64,000 nt of DNA. Origin: a virus (taxonomy: Duplodnaviria; Heunggongvirae; Uroviricota; Caudoviricetes). The first letter of the stretch is position 1, and every line of letters starts with the position of its first letter. Under the pieces are notes generated by a model. The model saw only the letters and a program-made list of their open reading frames with translations, was not told where the DNA came from and made no database searches. This document shows positions 8,827-16,902 of the stretch, one piece after another. A program made the position numbers and the translations under genes. The stretch covers positions 1-64,000 of IMG/VR virus record IMGVR_UViG_3300040801_001810. One strand, 5' to 3'.

Positions 8827-8915
8827 TGGCAGATCGCTCAATCGGCAGAGCACCAGGCTGTTAACCTGACGTGGCGTAAGCCCACCTGGGGGTTCAAGTC
8901 CCTCTCTGCCAGCCA
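8827..8915 (+). tRNA. tRNA-Asn(GTT) with long variable arm
   Basis: TGGCAGA/TCTGCCA, G73, CAGG-CTGTTAA-CCTG, ~18-nt variable region, GTTCAAG, CCA. Confidence 0.88.
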
Positions 8916-8938
8916 ATTATTTTAGAAAGTAAACAACT

Positions 8939-9055
8939 ATGACAGCATTCAAATTATTAATGAGTAAGTGTACAATTCAACACAACTCGAGTATATTTGA
9001 TGGTAATTCTTTTAACGCCGCATCAGGCCATGGAGAAGATAATATCCAAATTTAA
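8939..9055 (+). CDS. putative attenuator leader peptide (38 aa)
   Basis: MTAFKLLMSKCTIQHNSSIFDGNSFNAASGHGEDNIQI*; stop abuts the antiterminator arm; RBS weak (AGAAAG). Confidence 0.6.
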   Translation: MTAFKLLMSKCTIQHNSSIFDGNSFNAASGHGEDNIQI

Positions 9056-9114
9056 CTGTCGAGTTTTACTATATACAAGAAAAGCCCCTCGACAGCAAAT
9101 CGAGAGGCTTTTTT
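9056..9114 (+). promoter_or_regulatory. attenuator: overlapping antiterminator and terminator
   Basis: CTGTCGAG(9056-9063)/CTCGACAG(9088-9095) is mutually exclusive with AAAAGCCCCTCGA/TCGAGAGGCTTTT+T run. Confidence 0.75.
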
Positions 9115-9128
9115 AGTATTAGGACTAA

Positions 9129-9139
9129 GTTCTTTGAAA
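9129..9139 (+). promoter_or_regulatory. boxA-like antitermination site
   Basis: GTTCTTTGAAA between the terminator and the first downstream tRNA. Confidence 0.6.
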
Positions 9140-9162
9140 TTCTAGATAACAAGTACATATTT

Positions 9163-9239
9163 GGGCTGTTAACTCAGTTGGTCAGAGTAGCACACTCATA
9201 ATGTGATCGTCGGGGGTTCAAGTCCCTCACAGCCCACCA
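9163..9239 (+). tRNA. tRNA-Ile2(CAT), probable lysidine-type
   Basis: GGGCTGT/ACAGCCC acceptor resembling the Ile(GAT) acceptor, CTCATAA loop, CCA. Confidence 0.8.
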
Positions 9240-9248
9240 AACTTTAAT

Positions 9249-9321
9249 GGGGTCGTAGCTCAGTTGGGAGAGCGCTTGGCTTGCACCCAGGAGGTCAGGA
9301 GTTCAAACCTCCTCGGCTCCA
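9249..9321 (+). tRNA. tRNA-Ala(TGC)
   Basis: GGGGTCG/CGGCTCC with G3:U70, CTTGCAC loop. Confidence 0.93.
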
Positions 9322-9338
9322 CTATATATAGAGGAATT

Positions 9339-9806
9339 ATGGAAGAAGAAACAAAACCTTTTAGTGAAAAATTAAAAAATAAATATGATCTTCCAGCTAA
9401 ATTAGTTGCTGAAGATTTTATGAATGAAATTGGTTTTGACACTAAAGGTATATTAAATGAACAAAAAGAACAATTTGAAAAATATGATACAGAATATGAT
9501 TTTCTTGGAACTACAGTAACTGCTGAAGCAGAATATAAAGAAGGTTGGACTGATCGTGGACATTGGCAATATAATTTTCCAACTATAGATGTATCATATA
9601 GAAAAAGATATAGTGAAGCACATGTATTTGTAATGTGTAATTTCCATAAAGACACAATAGCAGTAGCTTGGATGAAAGATGTAATTACGTCTGATACTTA
9701 TTGTAAAAAAACAAAACATACAACTTGGGAACGATTTTTTAAATGTAATCCAAAGATATTTACTATATATCTCAAGAAAAATGGAAGATGGAAGAAAATA
9801 AATTAA
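9339..9806 (+). CDS. putative PD-(D/E)XK endonuclease
   Basis: KYD...AEAEYKEGW; start corrected to ATG 9339 after GAGG (track ORF overlaps the tRNA). Confidence 0.55.
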   Translation: MEEETKPFSEKLKNKYDLPAKLVAEDFMNEIGFDTKGILNEQKEQFEKYDTEYDFLGTTVTAEAEYKEGWTDRGHWQYNFPTIDVSYRKRYSEAHVFVMCNFHKDTIAVAWMKDVITSDTYCKKTKHTTWERFFKCNPKIFTIYLKKNGRWKKIN

Positions 9807-9807
9807 T

Positions 9808-9881
9808 GCCGTCGTAGCTGAGGGGTTTAGCGCAGGATTGAAGCTCCTGAGACGTCGGATCGACCCCGACCGTCGGCACCA
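9808..9881 (+). tRNA. tRNA-Phe(GAA)
   Basis: CAGGA-TTGAAGC-TCCTG, CCA; T:T mismatch in acceptor and A54 T-loop. Confidence 0.85.
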
Positions 9882-9885
9882 ATAT

Positions 9886-9957
9886 GGGGCGTTCGTCTAG
9901 TGGTTAGGACAGCTGGTTTTCAGCCAACTAACAGGAGTTCGATTCTCCTACGCCCTA
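9886..9957 (+). tRNA. tRNA-Glu(TTC)
   Basis: GGGGCGT/ACGCCCT, TTTTCAG loop, GTTCGA. Confidence 0.9.
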
Positions 9958-9979
9958 TTTAACATTATATGGGGATAGT

Positions 9980-10618
9980 ATGTGGGGTAAAAGAAATGTT
10001 GTTGTACTAAATAAATATGGTGAATATTGGTCTGAAGTTACAGTACGAAGAGCTATTAATAAGATATTAAATCTTAGAGCAACTATAGTAGCAGAAGATA
10101 AATCACATTTTTTAGGTACAATAGTACGAGAAGATGGTCCATCTATTAAATACATTCCTCTATATCGACCGTTTGTAATTCAATTAAAATACTTTGATTA
10201 TTATAAGTATACAAGCGATATTGTTCCATATAGTGATAGACAAGTATTTATTCGAGACAAAAACATTTGTCAATATTGGCATGACTATACATTAAAATTA
10301 GTTGATGGTAAATTAGTCAAAGAAGAAGCAGAACGACACAAGTATAATGTATCTCTATCAGAAAGAACGATAGATCACGTAATACCTGTATCAAAAGGCG
10401 GAAGAAAAGCAGACTATGAAAATGTAGTTTGTTGTTGCAGATATTGCAATGAAGTTATTAAACGAGACATGACTCCCAAAGAAGCAGGGTTAGTTTTAAT
10501 CAAAAAACCCTGTGCTCCTCATAGAGTAAAAGGAGACATAGCAAGAAATATGTTTATGTATGATCCTGACAAAGATTCACATAAAGCATATATAATATGG
10601 AAAAAAGAATCATTTTAA
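9980..10618 (+). CDS. HNH endonuclease (McrA-like)
   Basis: VVVLN, IRDKNICQY, TIDHVIPVSKGG, NVVCCCRYCN. Confidence 0.88.
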   Translation: MWGKRNVVVLNKYGEYWSEVTVRRAINKILNLRATIVAEDKSHFLGTIVREDGPSIKYIPLYRPFVIQLKYFDYYKYTSDIVPYSDRQVFIRDKNICQYWHDYTLKLVDGKLVKEEAERHKYNVSLSERTIDHVIPVSKGGRKADYENVVCCCRYCNEVIKRDMTPKEAGLVLIKKPCAPHRVKGDIARNMFMYDPDKDSHKAYIIWKKESF

Positions 10619-10696
10619 GCATCGTTAGTGAAGTTGGTCAATCACGTCGGACTGTCAATCCGAAGAACACGGGTTCAAATCCCGTACGATGCGCCA
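10619..10696 (+). tRNA. tRNA-Asp(GTC)
   Basis: GCATCGT/ACGATGC, TCGGA-CTGTCAA-TCCGA, G73, CCA. Confidence 0.92.
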
Positions 10697-10951
10697 TTTT
10701 AAGGAGATAGAATGTCATTTTCAGAAGAACAACTTGAACAATTAGATGATATGTTAGAGCAAACAGTTGTTGCAGCAGAAAAAGCAATTGAGAAAGTAGT
10801 TAATGGTAATTTTCCAAAACATATTGCGCAATTCGATAAAAATCTATACGACGAGTATGTTAAACAAGGATTTGATGAAAATTTTGCATGTATGCTTGTT
10901 CAACGATTTGATACAGCTGGTTTTTTAGGACAGAAAAGAACTTAATTTTAC

Positions 10952-11037
10952 GGAGAGTTAGGATAATTGGTAATCCAGCACATTGCTAATGTGCCGCCCT
11001 TCGGGGCTTACAGGTTCAAGTCCTGTACTCTCCGCCA
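10952..11037 (+). tRNA. tRNA-Ser(GCT)
   Basis: GGAGAGT/ACTCTCC, GCACA-TTGCTAA-TGTGC, long arm, CCA. Confidence 0.93.
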
Positions 11038-11048
11038 TAAGGATTACA

Positions 11049-11381
11049 ATGAAAGACAAATTCAAATTAATAGTTTCATTGGTAGCTATAATCACTATAA
11101 TTGTAATAGGAGTAGGTTTTAGTCAACAAACTCCTCCAAGATTACCAACAGTAATGGCTGAATGTTCTGGAGAAGACGTAGAAGTAACTTTTAACATACC
11201 ATTAGCTGGAGCATTAAAAGTATTAGGATTTAGTGTAGAAAATTCAATTATTAAAGATACAGGAACAGCTGTAATTTATATACCAACAATAGATGTATAT
11301 TATGTTACTAAGCGAGACCAAGAATCAAGAAGATATGATGGAGAAATTTTTTCTTATATTAAATCGGAGTGTTTAAAATGA
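11049..11381 (+). CDS. membrane-anchored hypothetical protein
   Basis: MKDKFKLIVSLVAIITIIVIGVGF signal/anchor; start corrected. Confidence 0.55.
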   Translation: MKDKFKLIVSLVAIITIIVIGVGFSQQTPPRLPTVMAECSGEDVEVTFNIPLAGALKVLGFSVENSIIKDTGTAVIYIPTIDVYYVTKRDQESRRYDGEIFSYIKSECLK

Positions 11382-11638
11382 GTACAGTAGCAATGTTTAC
11401 TTTAACATATGACCAGCTAGAGAACGATTGCAAAATAGCAATGGATGCTACTTTAGAAGCATTAGTAGTTGAAAAAATTCTAGATGAAAAAGTAGCAACA
11501 AATTGGATGAAAGAGCATTCTATTATAATTAGAAAACGTAGTTTCTTTGATAGACTATTTAAACCAGAAAAAGGCAAAAAAGAAGATAGACATTTTACGA
11601 TTGTTAAAAAAGTAGTACCAGAAGAATATTAAAATTAT

Positions 11639-11765
11639 ACGAGGGTAGCTCAGTCGGCGGAGCGACGGTCGAAGACCGTGTCAATGGCCGTTACAGCGTA
11701 CGGGTAACATCTCAGAGACGTTTGAGGTTTGGTCTGCGGAAGTTCAATTCTTCCCCCTCGTGCCA
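11639..11765 (+). ncRNA. 127-nt tRNA-like RNA with non-canonical anticodon arm and large insert
   Basis: ACGAGGG/CCCTCGT acceptor + GCCA, D arm GCTC/GAGC, T arm GGAAG-TTCAATT-CTTCC; middle has ACGGT-CGAAG-ACCGT plus a ~58-nt structured insert. Confidence 0.8.
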
Positions 11766-11771
11766 ATTTAA

Positions 11772-11847
11772 GCGATAGTACATCAATTGGTAGATGGCCA
11801 CGTTGCCAACGTGGAGGTTGCGAGTTCGAGTCTCGCCTATCGCACCA
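11772..11847 (+). tRNA. tRNA-Gly(GCC)
   Basis: GCGATAG/CTATCGC, CCACG-TTGCCAA-CGTGG, A73, CCA. Confidence 0.93.
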
Positions 11848-12658
11848 GGGGCATATATGAAGTATTGTACAATATGTAAGAAATTAAGTAATACTCGGAT
11901 TAAAATCAGTAAATGGTTTTATAATAAATGTATTACTTATGAAAGAGAAGTATGCGCTGGCTGCCAAAGTGAATTATTAATCGATCATATTCCAAAAGAC
12001 ACATCTAAGATTAAAATCCCATGGCAAGAAAAAAGAAGAGCAAAACGATATGAACAAAGAATGTATACAATAAATGAAAGAATGAGTAACGGATGGCCAA
12101 GCTTAGGATAGCAATAATAACTTTATTTATTTTATTTTATAATTGTGTTGGAACAGTTACAGTTTCAGAACTTAGCTTTCTAGAACCATTATATAAAGTA
12201 AAAGAAAATAAGATTATTTCAATAGATACAGTTTATACAAATTATGAAAAACTTTACAAAGTTAAATATAGGAGATAAGTATGCATGAGAAAAAAGGCGA
12301 GCTGGTAATCTGCGGATTCGTTAAGCAATGCAAAATTAAGAAATGTGTACATAAAGAACCACATCAATATTCAGATGCATGTAAGGGTATGTGTAAACAT
12401 ATGGGATATGCAGAATGTAGAGAAATTAGAAAATGAACAAAGTATATCTATCAAGAAAAAATCTAAAGGCACTTCTATCAAAATTAGATAGGAGAGCAAA
12501 AGGCGAAACTACAATGTGTACTATTATCAAAAATGATACAGTACATCCAGTATATCCTCAGACAATGCCTAAAATTGCAGTAATAGCTGTAGAAGATAAG
12601 GAATACTATATAGATAGACCTGCTGGAGAAGTTTATCCATCAGATTGTTAATAATTAA

Positions 12659-12734
12659 GCGGGTGTGACGCAATTGATAGCGTGTCTGATTTCCAATCAG
12701 AATGTTGCAGGTTTGAGTCCTGTCACCCGCACCA
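12659..12734 (+). tRNA. tRNA-Gly(TCC)
   Basis: GCGGGTG/CACCCGC, TCTGA-TTTCCAA-TCAGA, A73, CCA. Confidence 0.9.
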
Positions 12735-12747
12735 TTTAAGGAGAAGT

Positions 12748-13071
12748 ATGCAAGATTCATATACAATATTTAATACAATTAAGAGAACGGGTTATGCATA
12801 CTCTCATTTAGGAAAAGATGATAGAGAATTCAGACCAAAACAAGCATTAAGTAGAAATACATTAGAAGAAGAAGTAATAGATAAAATTAATGCTGTTCAA
12901 AAAATAACAAGAATATTAGCTAATACAACAGAAACACAAAAAATAATTATTTATTATTTAGCTGATGATTTAACTAATGATGAAATAGCAAAAAAAATGA
13001 AAATAAGTCGTAGAATACTTGATAATAATATAAGAACAATAAGAAAAAAAGCTAAAAGATTAAAGAATTAG
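12748..13071 (+). CDS. HTH protein (LuxR / sigma region 4-like)
   Basis: LTNDEIAKKMKISRRILDNNIRTIRKK; start after AAGGAG. Confidence 0.65.
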   Translation: MQDSYTIFNTIKRTGYAYSHLGKDDREFRPKQALSRNTLEEEVIDKINAVQKITRILANTTETQKIIIYYLADDLTNDEIAKKMKISRRILDNNIRTIRKKAKRLKN

Positions 13072-13079
13072 AGGATACC

Positions 13080-13505
13080 ATGACTCAGTTAGAAAAAGCT
13101 ATTACAATCGCTACAATGGCTCATGCAGGGCAACAAGATAAAGAGGGGCAACCTTACATCTTACATCCTTTGCGTGTCATGATGAGTCTCCAAGGAGACG
13201 TATTAAGAACTATAGCTGTTCTTCATGATGTAGTTGAAGATACTATTTTAACTCTTGATGATCTAAAAGATGATTTTGAAGACGTAGTTGTAGAAGCGGT
13301 AGAAGCTATGACTCACCCTAAAAGCGAATCATATGATGATTACCTACAACGAGTATTAGATAATGTACTAGCTAGAACTGTTAAACTGGCTGATTTACGA
13401 GATAATATCAGTCCAGTAAGATTATACAAATTGGATCCAGATACAATAGTAAGATTAACTAAGAAATATACTAAAGCTATTAAATTACTAGAAGGTTGGA
13501 AATGA
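13080..13505 (+). CDS. HD-domain hydrolase, small alarmone hydrolase (SpoT/Mesh1-like)
   Basis: AHAGQQDKEGQPYILHPLRV, LHDVVEDT, VKLADLRDN. Confidence 0.88.
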   Translation: MTQLEKAITIATMAHAGQQDKEGQPYILHPLRVMMSLQGDVLRTIAVLHDVVEDTILTLDDLKDDFEDVVVEAVEAMTHPKSESYDDYLQRVLDNVLARTVKLADLRDNISPVRLYKLDPDTIVRLTKKYTKAIKLLEGWK

Positions 13506-13860
13506 AGGAAGAATACGGATTTTTTGTAGAATATGGAGATGGCTTCTATTCTCAAAGTTATGAAAAGTTGAGTGATGCACGAAATGATGCAAAATCGCAT
13601 TCTACGAAAAAATTGAGAATTTTCCATGGTAAGCTAAAACGTCAAAATGACAATATAATTGATGATAGACAATTATCGCTTGTTCCAAGGTTAGGCGGAT
13701 ATGAGAAAACTAACTCTAAATGAGAAAATCACTTTTAAAGGTATATTAGCCAGATGGCATGTTCCTGATTATATTCTAATAAAACTAGATATGGAACATT
13801 TGATGTTTTGTTGGTATAGACTTACTGGAACAAGTTTAATAAAGTATGGAAAATTTATTG

Positions 13861-13953
13861 GGAGGGTTTGACCCCAGTAGGGCGGGGCCTGGTCTTGAAA
13901 ACCAGTAGGCGGTGAAAGCTGCCATGGGAGTTCGAGTCTCTCACCCTCCACCA
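13861..13953 (+). tRNA. tRNA-Ser(TGA)
   Basis: GGAGGGT/ACCCTCC, CTGGT-CTTGAAA-ACCAG, long arm GGCGG..CTGCC, A73, CCA. Confidence 0.88.
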
Positions 13954-14114
13954 TTTAAGGAGTAAGAAATGAGCACAGAAACAAAGAAATATTTAATTAA
14001 CGCAATGTTACTAATGCTTCTAGGAGCAGTATCTTTCATAGGCGGAATAGTATATCATAATTCTACTATTATTGAAGAGAAAGAAATTCCAATATTAGGT
14101 ATTGGTGCTTAAAT

Positions 14115-14351
14115 ATGGCTACAGTAAAAGAACACATAATTAATAACCAAAAGGTATATTTTGATTTTTACCGAAATGGTATTTTATATTATAAAACAGA
14201 AAAAGGCTTATTATTCGAAGTTCCAACTTCAGAAGCTGGGGATGCTTGTTTTAATAAAGAGGATAAAGCTATATTTTTTATGAGATATATTCGCAAGCAA
14301 TTAGCAGCTAATAAACAAGGTATGGAAGAATCACATATTCCCGCTTTGTAA
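14115..14351 (+). CDS. conserved-looking hypothetical phage protein
   Basis: FDFYRNGILYYKT..G..FEVP..EAG.A.F...DKAIFFMRYIRK. Confidence 0.6.
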   Translation: MATVKEHIINNQKVYFDFYRNGILYYKTEKGLLFEVPTSEAGDACFNKEDKAIFFMRYIRKQLAANKQGMEESHIPAL

Positions 14352-14397
14352 AGCCTACGCACGGGGAAATCGTAAAAATTTTGGTGAAGATTTGAGA
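14350..14397. repeat. dispersed 48-bp intergenic repeat, copy A
   Basis: 41/48 identical (manual ungapped alignment) to 28629-28676. Confidence 0.8.
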
Positions 14398-14429
14398 ATT
14401 TGAACTTTTTTTAGAAAATTGGGATTAAA

Positions 14430-14792
14430 ATGCGAGTTTTTATTTTAGAAGATACAGAAGAAAGAATTAAAAAATTTAAACAAAATCTAATTGGTCATGA
14501 AATTATTGTAACTAAAGATACAAAAGAAGCAATAACTATCTTAGATGCAAATGAACCATTTGATTATATATGTTTAGATCATGATATGGGAGTTACCTTT
14601 GAACAACCAGGAGAAGGTACAGGATTTGAAGTTGCGGAATGGATAGCTAAACATCCAGAAAAGAAACCTAGAAAACTACTTATACATAGCATGAATAATG
14701 TTGGAGCTGCTGCTATGATGAGAGTATTAGGAGACGTAGGTATGAGAGCAACTTATATTCCTTTTCTATGGGACAAAATTCGAGCAAATTAA
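14430..14792 (+). CDS. cyclic-phosphate-processing receiver-domain protein
   Basis: ILED, CLDHDMG, GTGFEVAEWI, IHSMNNVGA. Confidence 0.78.
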   Translation: MRVFILEDTEERIKKFKQNLIGHEIIVTKDTKEAITILDANEPFDYICLDHDMGVTFEQPGEGTGFEVAEWIAKHPEKKPRKLLIHSMNNVGAAAMMRVLGDVGMRATYIPFLWDKIRAN

Positions 14793-14795
14793 CAT

Positions 14796-14872
14796 GGTGG
14801 CAGTAGCTCAGTTGGTAGAGCAGTAGATTGTGGTTCTACGGGTCAGGAGTTCAAACCTCCTCTGTCACACCA
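14796..14872 (+). tRNA. tRNA-His(GTG)
   Basis: G-1 + GTGGCAG/CTGTCAC, GTAGA-TTGTGGT-TCTAC, A73, CCA. Confidence 0.92.
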
Positions 14873-15285
14873 CCTAATTTGGATTACTATGAAACCAGTA
14901 TTAGTTAGAACTAGTAGTGTATACTTTGCTGAGAAACATAAAGATATACTCAAAGAAGAACTAGCTATAAATGAGCTGGTTAGTAAACTTAAATATATTC
15001 AGCAATCTAAAGTTCAGCAGCTCGCTAACGTAATCGGTCAGCTTAGAGACAAGAGGCACAGGTTGAGAAAAGTGAGACTTAGATAATGGAAGAATTCGAT
15101 AAACTATATAAAGATTGGTTCTTAGATGGAAATCTAACCATTAATGATAAACATTATGGTCAAGTTATGTGGAATTACAAAGAAATGTTAAAGCATTTAA
15201 CTGGAACTGAAAATATATGCGAAGTAGATATAGAAGAAGAACCAATACCTCAAAAGGTATCTAAATTAAATATACGGAGAGACTA

Positions 15286-16428
15286 ATGAGAAAACTAGCA
15301 TCAATTAGAACAGTAGGAGATATAAGACCTATTCCAGATGCTGATGCTATAGAAGTAGCAATAGTAGATGGTTGGGAATGTGTTGTTAAGAAAAATGAAT
15401 TTAGTATTGGTGATAAATGCGTATACATTGAAATTGATAGTATTGTACCACCAAAACCCGAATTTGAATTCTTAGAAAAACGCAGATATAGAGTAAGAAC
15501 TATTAAATTACGTAAACAAGTATCTCAAGGACTAGCATTACCTTTAAGTGCTGTTGGTATTAAAGATAATTATCCTGTAGGAAAAGATGTTACTGAGGAA
15601 CTAGGTGTAGTTAAATATGATCCTCAAGCTCAAAAAGAAAAGAACATGCGTGAAGCTGAGCTTCAAAAGAAAAGCAAGATGTTTAAGTGGCTAATGAGAT
15701 TCGGTTGGTTTAGAAAGCTACAAAAAGGTAAGCGTAAGAATTGGCCTTATTGGATAGCTAAAACTGATGAAGAACGAATTCAAAACATGCCTTCTGTCTT
15801 ACGATATCATGCAGATACTATTTGTTATGCTACAGAGAAAGTAGATGGTAGTAGCGCTAGCTATTCTCTTAAACTTATTGGTAAGTTTCTTTGGTTTAAG
15901 GATATTATTTTTACTGTATGTAGTCGTAATATGTGGCTACAACGTAAGAGACAGAAGTTTACTACGCAAAGCTATAGCTTTGATAGTAATAACTATTGGA
16001 ATATAGCTAAGAAATATGATCTTGAACGTAAGCTACGAGCTATGGGTAAAGAATTAGTTATTCAAGGCGAACTATTGGCAGATGGAGTTCAAAAGAATAA
16101 GTACTTAGTTAAGCCAGGAGATGTTAAGTTTAGAGTATATAATATCTATGATGTTAAAGAAGACACTTGGCTTGGTCTGAATGGTATCAGAACATATTGT
16201 AAAGCACTTGATCTTACTATGGTTCCTATTGTATGGACTGGTAGACTTAAAGAACTTGGAACTACTGTAGCAGAAGTAGTTGAAAAAGCTAAGGGTAAAT
16301 CTGAACTAAATCCTAAGGTTCACAGAGAAGGTATTGTAATTAGACAACTCTTATCTGAAAAAGGTAAGAGAGGTATGAGTTTTAAAGCTATTAACCCTGA
16401 CTTCCTACTTAAATATGAATCAGAATGA
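15286..16428 (+). CDS. RNA ligase, DRB0094/Rnl5 family
   Basis: MRKLASI..PIPDADAIE..VDGWECVVKK, KTDEERIQN, TEKVDGSS, CSRN, QGEL, REGIV, SFKAINPDFLLK. Confidence 0.92.
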   Translation: MRKLASIRTVGDIRPIPDADAIEVAIVDGWECVVKKNEFSIGDKCVYIEIDSIVPPKPEFEFLEKRRYRVRTIKLRKQVSQGLALPLSAVGIKDNYPVGKDVTEELGVVKYDPQAQKEKNMREAELQKKSKMFKWLMRFGWFRKLQKGKRKNWPYWIAKTDEERIQNMPSVLRYHADTICYATEKVDGSSASYSLKLIGKFLWFKDIIFTVCSRNMWLQRKRQKFTTQSYSFDSNNYWNIAKKYDLERKLRAMGKELVIQGELLADGVQKNKYLVKPGDVKFRVYNIYDVKEDTWLGLNGIRTYCKALDLTMVPIVWTGRLKELGTTVAEVVEKAKGKSELNPKVHREGIVIRQLLSEKGKRGMSFKAINPDFLLKYESE

Positions 16429-16685
16429 TATACCTAATCCATACAAAGTAATACAAGCTAGAGATACAACTCACGGATACTGTAAAAAGTGCTGTGGGTT
16501 TTATGCTATGTTTGATAATCTATGTGCCGATTGTTATCTAGAAGAGAATGTTCAAAAATATTTAGACAGTCTTAAAGAAAGAAGTCTAATGATTAGAGCA
16601 AATGGACTATCAAAAAAGAAAAAAGAAAATATTAATAAGAGATTAACCAAAGGGTGGGTTAAGTTTAATCTAAGAACATTCACCA

Positions 16686-16714
16686 TTGACTAATCTTAAA
16701 CAAAATATTATATT
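16686..16714 (+). promoter_or_regulatory. sigma70-type promoter
   Basis: TTGACT-N17-TATATT. Confidence 0.8.
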
Positions 16715-16720
16715 TATAGT

Positions 16721-16823
16721 GAACTTTACAACAGTTCGCTTGCCCGTGTAGGGACGCTAAAATAGTTGTGTTATCCTCCCACATAGCAGAGAAGTAGTAG
16801 AAATATTACTTCTCTGCTTTTTT
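16721..16823 (+). ncRNA. candidate ~100-nt sRNA
   Basis: bounded by its own promoter and a strong terminator; no ATG-started ORF; several hairpins and a CCTCC loop. Confidence 0.6.
16785..16823 (+). terminator. intrinsic terminator
   Basis: AGCAGAGAAGTAGTA-GAAA-TATTACTTCTCTGCT followed by a T run. Confidence 0.9.
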
Positions 16824-16867
16824 AATTTAGGTACCATATTTGGTACTGTTAGTACCGCATCTTGCGA

Positions 16868-16896
16868 TTGATTTTACACCTTAAATACACTATATT
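16868..16896 (+). promoter_or_regulatory. sigma70-type promoter (probable leaderless mRNA)
   Basis: TTGATT-N17-TATATT ending 6 nt before ATG 16903; no SD. Confidence 0.6.
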
Positions 16897-16902
16897 ATTA
16901 TT

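Noticed and set aside
11639-11765. Calling this tRNA-Phe/Ser, tmRNA or Y RNA
   Set aside because: No 7-nt anticodon loop; too short and no G3:U70 or tag ORF for tmRNA; topology is an ordinary 5'-acceptor type, and no Ro60 gene is in the window.
9264-12747. N-terminal extensions of track ORFs 9264, 10983, 11794 and 12682
   Set aside because: They are translations of tRNA genes; the real starts lie downstream.
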